DNA from: an uncultured delta proteobacterium
GTDB taxonomy: Bacteria > Desulfobacterota > Desulfobacteria > Desulfobacterales > JAHEIW01
Direction: 5' to 3'
NCBI GenBank assembly: GCA_963706575.1
Contig: CAVPNL010000005.1
Coordinates: forward strand, 331,556 to 395,555
Length of the DNA: 64,000 nt
Positions 40,893 to 50,909 of this stretch are shown one piece after another. The notes below the pieces were generated by a model. The model ran no database searches, was not told where the DNA came from, and saw nothing but the letters and a program-made list of their open reading frames with translations. The number at the start of each line of letters is the position of its first letter. The first letter of the stretch is position 1. A program made the translations under genes and the position numbers.

Positions 40893-40906
40893 GGGGAGTT
40901 ACGCCC

Positions 40907-41302
40907 ATGTTCAAAATGACGCCGAATGTCATCCGCAACCTGTTTCACAAAAAAGCCACGCGACGGTATCCCCGCGTGATCCGGCCGGCATTTGAAAATG
41001 TCCGCGGCGCGTTGTTCAATGATGTTGCAAAATGCACTTTTTGCGGTGCCTGCGCAATCAAATGCCCCTCGCAATGCATCACGGTGGATAAAAAAGCCGG
41101 CATCTGGATCTATGATCCGTTTGCCTGTGTTTTTTGCGGGATTTGTGCAGATATCTGCCCCGCGGAATCGCTTCACCAGCAAAGCGAATATCGTCTTCCG
41201 CTTGCCGGACGCGAAACCATTACGCTGAAAGGGGAGCCGAAGCCAAAGATTGAGAAAACAACCAAGATCCCAGAGGAGAGAAACGATGATTCCAAAGATT
41301 AA
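40907..41302 (+). CDS. echF: Ech hydrogenase subunit F (2x[4Fe-4S])
   Basis: ATRRYP..RG; CTFCGACAIKCP; CVFCGICADICP. Confidence 0.9.
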   Translation: MFKMTPNVIRNLFHKKATRRYPRVIRPAFENVRGALFNDVAKCTFCGACAIKCPSQCITVDKKAGIWIYDPFACVFCGICADICPAESLHQQSEYRLPLAGRETITLKGEPKPKIEKTTKIPEERNDDSKD

Positions 41303-41810
41303 CAGAATACTTTATGCGACCGACCTTTCGCCGAATTCTGACTACGCATTTCGCTATGCCATCAATTCGGCGATCCAGCATGACGCCAGGATCATCATCC
41401 TGCATGTTATTGAATCCATGCCCTCGGCCTTCCATCTCGAAATGGGATTCATTATGGGCGACGAACAAGCCAAAGAGATTTTCGAAAAGAGCGTCAGTGT
41501 TGCACTGGACCGTGTTAAAAAGCGGCTAAAGGTCTTCAGCGAAAAGGAATTGGCGGACGATCCCAAAGGGGCAAATCGCGTGCAGCGCATTGAAATCTGC
41601 CAGGGATTTCCAGCAGAAGAAATTCTCGAGAAGGCAAACGAATTGGATTGCGACGCGATTGTTATGGGAACCCACAGCAAGGGTTTTCTGGCAAATACCT
41701 TTGTCGGCAGCGTTGCAAAAAGAGTGCTTCGTCGAACACGCAAACCGGTATTTATTGTTCCACTGCCGACAGGACAGACGGATATCACTTTTAGCGATGA
41801 TGAAACCTAA
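41286..41810 (+). CDS. Universal stress protein (close paralog of 29194..29712)
   Basis: MIPKINRILYATDLSPNS; IVMGTHSKG..GSVAKRVLR. Confidence 0.9.
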   Translation: MIPKINRILYATDLSPNSDYAFRYAINSAIQHDARIIILHVIESMPSAFHLEMGFIMGDEQAKEIFEKSVSVALDRVKKRLKVFSEKELADDPKGANRVQRIEICQGFPAEEILEKANELDCDAIVMGTHSKGFLANTFVGSVAKRVLRRTRKPVFIVPLPTGQTDITFSDDET

Positions 41811-42906
41811 ACAATCGAGGCCACAATTGAAAGACAGCCGGCATTCAATCAAAAAAAAGATTCTGAGCGTAAAAGGCGACAGCTCGGCAAATGCATCCTG
41901 GCAAAACCATGAGTGGTGGGGGCCGTCCCCTGAAGAATCGCGTCATACAGCGGTCAACAAATTTAAAGCGCTGGTGGATAAGCGGGTAAGCTTAAAACAG
42001 GCGGTAGAAAAATATATCAAAAATGGCGTCAATATCGGCATCGGGGGATTCGTCAACACCCGGATCCCGGTGGCGATTATCCATGAAATCATCCGCAAGG
42101 GGGCAAAAGAACTGACGCTTTCGTTTCAATCGACCTCAATCTGTGCTGAATTGTTAGCCGGTGCCATGCTGCTGAATCCCGACCACCTGTCCATTAAACG
42201 TGTCGAGCTGGCCTGGTGGGGTTACGAGGTGATCGGTATTGCGCCACTGTTGAGGCATCTGGCCGCAAAAGGCATGATTCAGTTTGACGATTATACCAAC
42301 TATGGCATGTCCGCCAGATTCAAAGCGGCTGCCATGGGCCTCGAGTTTCTTCCGGTAATGGATCATGGCGGGTCAGACATGGAGCGATTCAATCGCGGAA
42401 CGATGATCAGAAGCCCTTTTAGCGGTAAGAACACATACCTGGTGCCAGCCTGTTACCCGGATGTGGCCATTATCCATGCCTCGGCCGCAGATGTTTATGG
42501 TAATTGCCGCATATTCGGCCCGCTGTGTACCTGTGCTGAAATTGCGATGGCGGCGACCTATACCGTTGTCACCACCGAACAGATCATATCAAATCAAAGC
42601 ATCAGGGCCTATCCCAATTTGACCGAAATTCCATACCTGGTGGTTGATGCGTTAATTGAACAACCATTCGGTGCCTATCCCGGGCTTTGTTATGGGCACT
42701 ACTGGTTTGACATGGCGCACATCCGGCTGTTTCGAAGCGCGTCGGCTGAGTTTCAAAGATCGGGAAATTTAGATCCTTTAAAAAAATACTACACTGACTA
42801 TATCTTCGGATGTGAAAGCTTTGATGATTTTCTTAAAAAAATTCCGCCGGAAACTTTGGAAAAAGTAAAGCGCATGGACGGCGCTCAGCCGATTATCGTC
42901 GGCTGA
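41797..42906 (+). CDS. CoA-transferase alpha subunit (GctA/CatI-like)
   Basis: IGIGGF..RIPVAIIHEIIR; RFKAAAMG; PDVAIIHA..AD.YGN; PFGAYP..CYG.Y. Confidence 0.85.
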   Translation: MMKPKQSRPQLKDSRHSIKKKILSVKGDSSANASWQNHEWWGPSPEESRHTAVNKFKALVDKRVSLKQAVEKYIKNGVNIGIGGFVNTRIPVAIIHEIIRKGAKELTLSFQSTSICAELLAGAMLLNPDHLSIKRVELAWWGYEVIGIAPLLRHLAAKGMIQFDDYTNYGMSARFKAAAMGLEFLPVMDHGGSDMERFNRGTMIRSPFSGKNTYLVPACYPDVAIIHASAADVYGNCRIFGPLCTCAEIAMAATYTVVTTEQIISNQSIRAYPNLTEIPYLVVDALIEQPFGAYPGLCYGHYWFDMAHIRLFRSASAEFQRSGNLDPLKKYYTDYIFGCESFDDFLKKIPPETLEKVKRMDGAQPIIVG

Positions 42907-42940
42907 GGCGACCACGATTTAATTTAACGGGGCTTGAAAA

Positions 42941-43723
42941 ATGACGAACTATTCAGCGGTTGAAATGATTGCTTTTACAGGTTCCCGAATGCTGGAAGAC
43001 AATAAAATTGTCTTTGTCGGAACCGGTCTGCCGATGATTGCCGCCATGCACGCGCAGCTGACCCATGCTCCCGGGCTGGGCATGATTTTTGAAGCCGGAG
43101 CGCTGTCTCCGGTTCTGGATCTCGGGATCCCGCTGTCGGTCGGCGATACCCGGGCCTGCCGGCAGGCCTGCTATTTAAAAGGCTTATGTGCTGTTTTCGA
43201 ATTGACGCAAAGGGGTTATGCGGATTATGCCTTTATCGGCGGCGCTCAAATTGATCAGTACGGCAATGTCAACTCCACTTTTGAAGGCGGCTCATATGAA
43301 AAGCCCCGAACGCGGTTTCCCGGAAGCGGCGGTGCCGGCGCAATGGCGGCCAACTGCCAAAAAACGATTATTATCATGGCCCTTGAAAAAAGAAGGTTTG
43401 TTAAAAAATTGGATTTCCTTACCAGCATCGGCTTTGGTGACGGGTCAGCAGCGTTTCGTAAAAAATCCGGCGTGGCGGGATCCGGCCCCTTTCGCGTGAT
43501 CACGCATGAAGCCCTTTTTGGTTTTGACGAACAAAGCCGCAAGATGGTGCTGCTCGAGGTGGCGCCGGGTAAATCCGCTCAACACATTCAAGAGAAAGTG
43601 GGCTTTAAATTGCATCTTTCGCCGAATCTTGACGCCATGCCGGAACCGACCGAAAAGGATTTAAAGCTTCTCAGAGAAGTATGTGACCCTGAAGGCTATT
43701 TTCTGGCAAGAAAAGTTAAATAG
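42941..43723 (+). CDS. CoA-transferase beta subunit (GctB/CatJ-like)
   Basis: VFVGTGLP; IFEAG (catalytic Glu position); GGAQIDQYGNVNST; RFPGSGGA. Confidence 0.85.
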   Translation: MTNYSAVEMIAFTGSRMLEDNKIVFVGTGLPMIAAMHAQLTHAPGLGMIFEAGALSPVLDLGIPLSVGDTRACRQACYLKGLCAVFELTQRGYADYAFIGGAQIDQYGNVNSTFEGGSYEKPRTRFPGSGGAGAMAANCQKTIIIMALEKRRFVKKLDFLTSIGFGDGSAAFRKKSGVAGSGPFRVITHEALFGFDEQSRKMVLLEVAPGKSAQHIQEKVGFKLHLSPNLDAMPEPTEKDLKLLREVCDPEGYFLARKVK

Positions 43724-44289
43724 CACCGGCGGTCAGCGAAAATAATTTCTTTATCTGAAAATCTGAAAATGTCTTCGATGACCATTGGGATCACCCGGGC
43801 AGCGGCTTTCCTTACCGGTGGCGTTAGCTCAAAGCCAAAATCGAAACAAAACCCCTCTATGCCATAAAGGATAAACCGGCGTGGCAGCCGGTCCAGCGCA
43901 CGCGCTAACTTCATCGCCCTGGCAAGCCCCAATCGATGCGTGGACGGGCTCAAAAAACAATCGGGGATGCGTTGGCCGCTGTCATTGAATCGATGGATTT
44001 TTCCGGGGGATGTGCATCTGCCGGAGTTTACGGCATCTATCAAAATAACGGCGTCGGTTGCCGCCCAGGATGCAACCAATGCGGCTGCATCGCCGGTTTC
44101 CAATTCGATCCGGGCTCCCGGAAGGTTGGCCGCTTTCAGCCGGCGCGCAATCCACAGACCCACGCCGTCATCACTTCTGGTTTCGTTGCCGATGCCGATA
44201 ACCCGGATTGGCGCTTGGGACCTGAGTTGCAGCGAATCACAGCTGCCGCAATTGCCAACCATTTGCACTCCAGTGGCTGATGGGTTCAC
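43696..44289 (-). CDS. Hydrogenase maturation protease
   Basis: VIGIGN...DDGVG; ILIDA; STH..GL; YGIEG. Confidence 0.9.
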   Translation of the reverse strand: MNPSATGVQMVGNCGSCDSLQLRSQAPIRVIGIGNETRSDDGVGLWIARRLKAANLPGARIELETGDAAALVASWAATDAVILIDAVNSGRCTSPGKIHRFNDSGQRIPDCFLSPSTHRLGLARAMKLARALDRLPRRFILYGIEGFCFDFGFELTPPVRKAAARVIPMVIEDIFRFSDKEIIFADRRCYLTFLARK

Positions 44290-45578
44290 TCACGCTGGAT
44301 TTCGACCTGCAAGAAATGACACGAGCATGAAATGCAGGGGTCGTAATTGCGGACGACCTGCTCGCACATCCAGGTTAGTTTTTCATCGGGAAGATCGGCA
44401 TTTTTGCGGGCAAAATCGAGCAGATCTTTTTCGATGATTTTTTGGTTCTGGGAAGTCGGAGGGACAATCCTGGCATCCAGAATGATGCCGTTTTCATCCA
44501 CCCGATAGCGATGCCAGCAAATTCCCCGCGGCGCTTCCGTGCAGCCGTAGGCGGTGGTGGCGACCGGCTTAAGCGCGATGGACGATTGCGCAGGGGTCTC
44601 ATAATTTTCGATAAGACGCAACGCTTCGTCGCAGGCATAAACTGTTTCAATACTTCTAATGATGATGCTCTTGAAGGGGTTGGCGCACGTTGGCGCCATT
44701 TTGACTTCACGGGCCGCTTGCTGTGCAACCGGAGATAATTGATCGAAGTTTAGATTGAATCTTGCCATGGGACCGACCATATAAGCGCCCCGCCCTTTAA
44801 TTGCGGCGTGCAGTGAGGTGGAATGTTCCACCTGTTCCTCCTGGATATAGTGTTCGAAATCACTGATCGGAATTTCAAGCCCTTTATTGGAAATCAGATT
44901 TCCATCCATAATTGCATATTCCTGCGGATGGTGCAGGGCGATAAATTCATAGTCTTGCTCGAAGTCGGGAAAAGGCAGCTCGGCTGCCCAGCAGACCGTC
45001 CTGTAGGCGGCGTCGCGCGCCCATTGGATTCGATCCTTGAGCGAAAAGAGCTCATCCTTTGCCGGGGCCCGGTAAAATCCGCCGGCTTTGAGGTTTATTG
45101 GGTGAATCTCCCGACCGCCGATAAGGGCAACAATCTCGTTTCCGAGTTTCTTCAGTTGCAGACCCTGTTGGACAATATCCGGATGATCTTTGGCGAGTTC
45201 GACGGCATCCGGGTAGCCCAAAAAATCGGGCGCATGCAGCAGATAAATGTGCAAGGCATGGCTTTCGATCCACTCACCGCAGAAAATCAGTCGACGCAGC
45301 GCTCGCAATTGTCCGTCAATCTTCGCAGCGAAGCCGGTTTCCATGGCCTGGCTGGCACTCACTAAATAAGCGATCGGACATATTCCACAAATACGGGCGG
45401 TGATATCAGGAGCCTCCGAGAATTTTCGTCCGCGCAGAAATGCTTCGAAAAAGCGGGGCGGTTCAAAAATATTGAATTTGGCATCCGATACCATACCGTT
45501 TTTAAACTTGATGACTAATCCGCCTTCGCCTTCCACCCGGGCCAGGTAATCGACTTTAAGATTCTTTCTAGACTTCAT
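44286..45578 (-). CDS. Group 3b-type [NiFe] hydrogenase large (alpha) subunit
   Basis: [23 protein letters not shown] (L1), [17 protein letters not shown] followed by a C-terminal extension. Confidence 0.9.
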   Translation of the reverse strand: MKSRKNLKVDYLARVEGEGGLVIKFKNGMVSDAKFNIFEPPRFFEAFLRGRKFSEAPDITARICGICPIAYLVSASQAMETGFAAKIDGQLRALRRLIFCGEWIESHALHIYLLHAPDFLGYPDAVELAKDHPDIVQQGLQLKKLGNEIVALIGGREIHPINLKAGGFYRAPAKDELFSLKDRIQWARDAAYRTVCWAAELPFPDFEQDYEFIALHHPQEYAIMDGNLISNKGLEIPISDFEHYIQEEQVEHSTSLHAAIKGRGAYMVGPMARFNLNFDQLSPVAQQAAREVKMAPTCANPFKSIIIRSIETVYACDEALRLIENYETPAQSSIALKPVATTAYGCTEAPRGICWHRYRVDENGIILDARIVPPTSQNQKIIEKDLLDFARKNADLPDEKLTWMCEQVVRNYDPCISCSCHFLQVEIQRE

Positions 45579-46350
45579 GCGCCTCACTCTCCTTGCGAAA
45601 AATTTCGGCACAGGCATTGAACCCTCTGAAGGCCAGCAGCAGATCCTTTTCCTCCATTTCGAGCCGGTCGCCCAACCAGCGGCTTAATGCGTGCGTATTC
45701 GCTGATTCTTTCGGGCCGAAGCAGGCATAGCAGCCTCGATGATAAGCCGGACAGAGGGCACCGCAGCCGGCTTGAGTTACCGGTCCAAGGCAGGGTATGC
45801 CTTGAGCGATCATCACGCAGACGTTTCCTTTCATTTTACACTCGATACATACGCTGTACGAAGGAATGAGCGGCTTGCGACCCATCAGCAGCGCACTGAG
45901 TACCTCAAGCAGCTGATACTTGTTGATCGGGCAACCACGCAGCTCGTAGTCCACTCGAATATGATCTGAAACCGGTGTGGATTTGCCGAGGGCTTCGATG
46001 TATTGGGGTTTGGCATAGACAATCCGGATAAACTCATTGATGTCCATAAAATTGCGTAGCGCCTGAATCCCACCGGCGGTTGCACAGGCGCCGATGGTGA
46101 TAATGGTGTCGGATGTGCGGCGAATTTTGTGGATTCGTTCCGCATCATGGGGCGTGGTAATGGAGCCCTCGACCAGAGAGACATCATATGGCCCTCTGAT
46201 GACGTTGCGGAAGCCCTCGGGAAAATGCGCGATCGTCACCTCACGGGCAACGGATAATAATTCATCTTCACAATCGAGCAAGCTCAGCTGGCAGCCATCA
46301 CAGGAGGCAAATTTCCACACGGCAATTTTGGGTTTTCGCTTTGATTGCAT
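45568..46350 (-). CDS. Group 3b-type hydrogenase small (delta) subunit
   Basis: [44 protein letters not shown]...RGCYACFG. Confidence 0.9.
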   Translation of the reverse strand: MQSKRKPKIAVWKFASCDGCQLSLLDCEDELLSVAREVTIAHFPEGFRNVIRGPYDVSLVEGSITTPHDAERIHKIRRTSDTIITIGACATAGGIQALRNFMDINEFIRIVYAKPQYIEALGKSTPVSDHIRVDYELRGCPINKYQLLEVLSALLMGRKPLIPSYSVCIECKMKGNVCVMIAQGIPCLGPVTQAGCGALCPAYHRGCYACFGPKESANTHALSRWLGDRLEMEEKDLLLAFRGFNACAEIFRKESEAHEV

Positions 46351-46351
46351 G

Positions 46352-47191
46352 TCAGATCTCCTGTTTGCGAAACAGATGTTCAACCTGGCTATATAGGAAA
46401 ACGGGCCCATCTTTGCAGACAAATTTCGGTCCCATCTGGCAATGCCCGCAAAAGCCGACCCCGCATTTCATATTGCGTTCCATTGAAATATAGATATGGT
46501 TGTCCGCCAGACCACGATTTTTAAGTTCCTTGATCGTATAGTACATCATGATTTCCGGGCCGCACAGCATGGCGAAAGTATTGGCAGGGTCACATTGCAA
46601 TCTGGATATCAGGGTGGTGACGACCCCGACGTTGCCGTGCCATCCTTCCCTGGCGCTGTCCACGGTTACATTGATTTCCAGATCAAATCGGCCGCGCCAT
46701 TTCTCTATTTGGTCGCGGTATATCAGATCGCCGGGAGTTCGTTCGCCATAAATCAAGATGACCTGGCCGTATTTTTCTCGATGCGACAGGATATAATAGA
46801 GTACCGGTCTGAGCGGCGCAACGCCGATGCCGCCGGCACAGAGCAAAATGTCATGCCCGCTGAGTGTTTCGATCGGCCACCCCCTGCCGAAAGGACCTCT
46901 AAGGCCAAGACGGGCTCCTTTTTTCAAAGTCATCATGCGGCTGGTTACCGATCCGTAGGCGCGCACCGTATGAACGATTTTAGCGGCATTTGAGGGATCG
47001 CCGCTGATGGAAATCGGCACCTCACCGATACCATACAGGTAAAGCATGTTAAACTGGCCGGGCCGGAAGTGAAATCCAGCATTTTTGTTTTGGGGCCGAA
47101 ATTCCAAAGTGAACGTGTCATGGGTCTCGGGAATAAAGCGCTCAACGGGATGAAATACAGACAGCATTGGCTCTTTGTTAACTGCTTTCAT
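46352..47191 (-). CDS. Group 3b-type hydrogenase gamma subunit (FAD/NAD(P)-binding, [2Fe-2S])
   Basis: [46 protein letters not shown]. Confidence 0.9.
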   Translation of the reverse strand: MKAVNKEPMLSVFHPVERFIPETHDTFTLEFRPQNKNAGFHFRPGQFNMLYLYGIGEVPISISGDPSNAAKIVHTVRAYGSVTSRMMTLKKGARLGLRGPFGRGWPIETLSGHDILLCAGGIGVAPLRPVLYYILSHREKYGQVILIYGERTPGDLIYRDQIEKWRGRFDLEINVTVDSAREGWHGNVGVVTTLISRLQCDPANTFAMLCGPEIMMYYTIKELKNRGLADNHIYISMERNMKCGVGFCGHCQMGPKFVCKDGPVFLYSQVEHLFRKQEI

Positions 47192-47204
47192 TAGCCCCTT
47201 CCTT

Positions 47205-47666
47205 TCAAGCGTATTTTCCGTAGACATCCAACAACTGGAGCCTTGTCGCCTGAAGGCGCTCAACCACAATTTTTGAGAACCGCTTGAGCAATTCATAGCC
47301 CAGGCGATGATTTGCTTCAGCTTCCTGCCTTAAAAAGATCCCGTCCCATGCAAAGGCGGCCGTATCCTGAATGGCCCTGGCATCGAAGCGGCGCCGGTAA
47401 GGCGGGAAAAGCCATGACCATCCTAAAATTTCCCCGGCGCCGACGGTTTGAATAACCAGGACCCCGCGCTCCGCCGAAAATAATTCAACAGCGACTTTTC
47501 CCTGCCGGATGAGAAGAAACTGGTCGGCTTCATTCCCCTCGCGATAAATCATTTGTTTAGCATTGAAACTCGCATGGGCAGCCGAAGCGCTAAAAATTTT
47601 CAGCAGGTCGGAGTCGAGATTCTCAAAAAAAGGGTGCCCGGCCAGCTCGCTTTCTGATATCTTCAT
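47205..47666 (-). CDS. Stand-alone cyclic-nucleotide-binding domain protein
   Basis: HPFF..L, IYREG, LIRQGKV, GEILGWSWLFPPY, A.A. No HTH. Confidence 0.85.
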   Translation of the reverse strand: MKISESELAGHPFFENLDSDLLKIFSASAAHASFNAKQMIYREGNEADQFLLIRQGKVAVELFSAERGVLVIQTVGAGEILGWSWLFPPYRRRFDARAIQDTAAFAWDGIFLRQEAEANHRLGYELLKRFSKIVVERLQATRLQLLDVYGKYA

Positions 47667-47681
47667 CGATATTCTCCTTTT

Positions 47682-48833
47682 TTATGCATTAAGCCCCGGC
47701 GGCATTCTCTCCTGCAGAATTGCACTTGCTTCCTGGCTGATGTCAATTCCTACCGGGCACCACGTTATGCAGCGCCCGCATCCCACACATCCGATCTTAC
47801 CGAATTGATCAGCCCATGTGGCCAGTTTATGGCCGAGCCACTGTCGATAGCGGGATGCGACCGAAGCGCGTATCGTTCCGCCATGCATGTACGAGAAATC
47901 CTGCGTGAAACAGGAATCCCATCTGCGCCAGCGCTCGGCCCTGTCGCCGCTGAGAGAATTTGAATCTTCAACGCTGTGGCAAAAGCAGGTCGGGCAAACC
48001 ATGGTGCAATTGCCGCAGGCCAGACATTTTTTGGCCGTTTGATTCCACCGGTGATGCTCAAATTTTTCGAAAAAAATGGACCTCAGATTCGATGTGTCCA
48101 AAGACTTGCCCACTTGCGATCGGGCCCGCTCGAGCACCCTTTGCTCAAGGGTTATCTCCTTTTCAGCGGCCTTGCGGCCGTCCACTTTACTGAGCATTTT
48201 TTCCCCGCCGCGACTGCCAGCTTCTGCGACAAAGAAGTGGCTGCCTTTGGCCTTTACTTCGGTTAAAACGATATCAAAGCCGGATGTCGCTGCGGGACCG
48301 GTATCCATTGAAACACAAAAGCAGGTCTGTGCGGGTCGCGAACAATTTACCGCCACCAGAAACGCCTGCTTGCGTCTGAGTGTGTACGTCGGATCAAAAA
48401 AATCACCGGTATTAAAAACGTTGTCCAGGATAGCCATGGCACTCAGTTCGCACGGTCGAACGCCGATGAATGCGTATTTCGGAGCTTTTTGCGCTTGCTC
48501 GACGCTTTCGAAACCGGTATCGCTTCGTCTGGCCTGCCACAGCCGCTCTCGCGGGGGATGAAGATACTTTTTCCAGGAGTGCGGGCCCAAAGCGTATCCA
48601 AAAAAAGTGTCATTCTTACTTCTTTCCAGGCGATAAGTCCCGGCCTCCTGAAAATCCGTCCAGCCGATCGGCAGTTCTGATATGGACCGCAACTCACTGA
48701 GAATAACGGCTTTATCTCGAACGGTAGGCCCGATGGTTTGATAGCCCTTGACTTGCAGCAGGTTCAATATTTGTTCAAGACCTTTTTTCTCGATGACGCG
48801 CTTATCTCCAACAGGTAAAATAATTTTGGACAT
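47682..48833 (-). CDS. Group 3b-type hydrogenase beta subunit (AsrA-like Fe-S)
   Basis: GVRPCEL, NC...CFC, CLACGNCTMVCPTCFC, WDSCF, CVGCGRCITWCPVGID. Confidence 0.9.
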   Translation of the reverse strand: MSKIILPVGDKRVIEKKGLEQILNLLQVKGYQTIGPTVRDKAVILSELRSISELPIGWTDFQEAGTYRLERSKNDTFFGYALGPHSWKKYLHPPRERLWQARRSDTGFESVEQAQKAPKYAFIGVRPCELSAMAILDNVFNTGDFFDPTYTLRRKQAFLVAVNCSRPAQTCFCVSMDTGPAATSGFDIVLTEVKAKGSHFFVAEAGSRGGEKMLSKVDGRKAAEKEITLEQRVLERARSQVGKSLDTSNLRSIFFEKFEHHRWNQTAKKCLACGNCTMVCPTCFCHSVEDSNSLSGDRAERWRRWDSCFTQDFSYMHGGTIRASVASRYRQWLGHKLATWADQFGKIGCVGCGRCITWCPVGIDISQEASAILQERMPPGLNA

Positions 48834-48893
48834 GCCGGTTTTCCTCCGAAAAGAGCGGTGCCGATCGTTGAGATATCTTTAATACCCGGCGAT

Positions 48894-48909
48894 TGCACCA
48901 ATTGTGCCA
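48894..48909 (-). promoter_or_regulatory. Sigma-54 promoter (hydrogenase operon)
   Basis: Minus strand TGGCACAATTGGTGCA. Confidence 0.75.
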
Positions 48910-49004
48910 ATCCCTGCAGAAGGTGTTTATTGCAAATATATCCGAAGATTAACAAAATGCTTCCCGGAATTTATTTTAGTGAGACAAAAAAATAATTAAG
49001 AAAG

Positions 49005-49041
49005 TTGAAATTTTGCGAAAAAAATTTCGAAACTTTTCGAA
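49005..49041 (+). promoter_or_regulatory. Conserved upstream activator site, copy 5 (between divergent promoters)
   Basis: TTGAAATTTTGCGAAAAAAATTTCGAAACTTTTCGAA. Confidence 0.75.
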
Positions 49042-49126
49042 AACCCGGGAGACCGGGCGATACGCTTTGCGGGTGAGCCGTGCTAATAAACCAAAATTAT
49101 TGTATTATATTAATTCTGAAATCTGC

Positions 49127-49142
49127 TGGCATGGTTTCTGCT
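49127..49142 (+). promoter_or_regulatory. Sigma-54 promoter (FNT gene)
   Basis: TGGCATGGTTTCTGCT. Confidence 0.7.
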
Positions 49143-49178
49143 TTCATACGGTCTAACAATGAGCTGATAACCCCAATA

Positions 49179-49982
49179 ATGGCCTATAAACCCCCATATG
49201 AGATCGTCAGATCAGTGAATCAAGCCGGACTGGTTAAAGCGCGCATGGGTTTAGCCAAAACGCTGATTATGGGATTTTTGGCGGGCGCTTTCATCGCCTT
49301 CGGGGGGTTGCTGGCGATTATGGTCGGCGGCGGCATACCCGCAATCAAATCCGCCAATCCCGGCTTGCAGAAGTTTATCTTTGGAGCGGTTTTCCCGGTG
49401 GGGCTCATGCTGGTGGTTATCGCCGGCGCTGAACTTTTCACCGGCAATACGGCCGTTAGCATTCCCGGTGTTCTGTCCGCAAGAATTCGCTGGTTTGGAT
49501 GGCTCAAAAACCTGATTCTTTCTTATTCGGGAAATCTGGCGGGCTCTCTTTTCGTGGCCTACTTTCTGGCCTATCAAACCCATCTGGTGGACAGCCAGCC
49601 CTGGTTGAGCTTTGCTATCAATATTTCCCAAGAAAAGGTTTCCCATCATTTTTGGGTGCTGCTGCTCAGGGGGGTCGGCTGCAACTGGCTGGTCTGTCTG
49701 GCCATCTGGCTGGCAATTGCCTCGGATGATGTTGCCGGTAAAATTCTGGGTATTTGGTTTCCCATCATGGCGTTTGTGGCCCTGGGATTTGAGCATTCCA
49801 TCGCCAACATGTTTTTTATCCCTTTGGGTATTTATTGCGGCGCGCAGGTGAGCTGGTATCAGTTTTTCATTGTCAATCTCATTCCCGTAACCCTTGGTAA
49901 CATTCTAGGAGGAAGTTTTTTTGTAGGTGTGATATACTGGTATATCTATGAGCATAAAGTTAAATCGGATCAACCCCTTTAA
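49179..49982 (+). CDS. Formate/nitrite transporter (FNT) family channel
   Basis: FPVGL..VVIAGAELFTGN; GN..G; CNWLVCLA; GFEHSIANM; GNILGG. Confidence 0.95.
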   Translation: MAYKPPYEIVRSVNQAGLVKARMGLAKTLIMGFLAGAFIAFGGLLAIMVGGGIPAIKSANPGLQKFIFGAVFPVGLMLVVIAGAELFTGNTAVSIPGVLSARIRWFGWLKNLILSYSGNLAGSLFVAYFLAYQTHLVDSQPWLSFAINISQEKVSHHFWVLLLRGVGCNWLVCLAIWLAIASDDVAGKILGIWFPIMAFVALGFEHSIANMFFIPLGIYCGAQVSWYQFFIVNLIPVTLGNILGGSFFVGVIYWYIYEHKVKSDQPL

Positions 49983-50078
49983 AGCACGCTGTAATTTTTA
50001 AAATATCGCCGGAATTGATCCACATCGATACCGTATGCCGGTATTACCGATTCGCAAGAATGAATTGGGGGTTTTAAA

Positions 50079-50408
50079 ATGGAAGATCGAACGGAAAAGA
50101 GATCCTGTGAGCGCCATTATCAGGAAGTTCCGATCACAGTGGCCTATTTTAATACCAACAGGTATCACAGTGCCAAGATGCTGAACTACAGTGAAGGGGG
50201 GATTTATTTTGAATCGGATTTCGCATTTCAGCCCGGGGCAAGCATATATTTCAGAATTGAAAAAAAAATGACGGACCTGCCTGCCAGAAAGATCCATAAT
50301 GGCTTCCGATCCGTGACACTTGGCGAAGTAAAGTGGTGCAAACAAATAAATAAAGGGGAATCCAGCCTATCTGGAATGGGTGTCAAGTATTACGAACTTG
50401 AATACTAG
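50079..50408 (+). CDS. PilZ-domain protein (paralog of 31031..31387)
   Basis: RSCER, NYSEGGIYFES, GEVKWC, GVKY. Confidence 0.75.
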   Translation: MEDRTEKRSCERHYQEVPITVAYFNTNRYHSAKMLNYSEGGIYFESDFAFQPGASIYFRIEKKMTDLPARKIHNGFRSVTLGEVKWCKQINKGESSLSGMGVKYYELEY

Positions 50409-50474
50409 TGTTGTGTCCCGCAAGTAATTTACAACTTACGGGTCAAGTTTATTAAGGTTAATTCGCTTTATTTT

Positions 50475-50600
50475 AGGTGTCAGAAATAACTAGGTGTCAG
50501 TGTTCAGGTGTCAGGATCACGAACCCGAAGACGGCTAGAATCATCAGATTCCGCAATTTGCCAGCCGTTTTCTGACTCCTGAGCACAGACACCTGACACC
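50475..50600. repeat. AGGTGTCAG repeats with a downstream inverted copy
   Basis: AGGTGTCAG at 50475, 50492 and 50506. Complementary CTGACTCCTGAGCACAGACACCTGACACC at 50572-50600. Confidence 0.55.
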
Positions 50601-50788
50601 ATAGACCCTGTGTCGTTTAAAGAATTCAACTGAACGAAAATATACCACGCGATTTTCGTAACATCCTACCGTCAATCTTTCTGAATCACCGCCAGTCCCG
50701 CTCCCGAGAGCCCGTTTAGCGTATTTTTCATTCGCCTTCACCTGCGGGGACACCGTCTCGTCTTAACGGGAAAGTGGGGAGCTTCCTT

Positions 50789-50825
50789 TTGAAATATTGC
50801 GAAAAAAATTTCGCAATATTTCAAA
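50789..50825 (+). promoter_or_regulatory. Conserved upstream activator site, copy 6 (perfect inverted repeat)
   Basis: TTGAAATATTGCGAAA-AAAA-TTTCGCAATATTTCAA. Confidence 0.8.
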
Positions 50826-50909
50826 AATTCAGCGTAACAGCCAATATGCCGGTCCGGGTTTAAATCAAAACATACTGAATTTAATAACTTTTTTAAAACA
50901 GCTGTGATT

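Noticed and set aside
41590..41796. N-terminal extension of the CoA-transferase alpha ORF (and similar extensions on echB, mvhD and the GNAT)
   Set aside because: Produced by longest-ORF calling. They overlap upstream genes, and downstream ATGs fit better.
39816..45578. NiFeSe hydrogenase, given the Sec machinery
   Set aside because: Both large subunits have Cys in the L2 motif (DPCISC) with no in-frame TGA. MvhD and both HdrA genes also use Cys.
24620..50825. The 37-bp repeats as CRISPR repeats or transposon ends
   Set aside because: They are dispersed single copies with no spacers, cas genes or transposase, and their position is tied to sigma-54 promoters.
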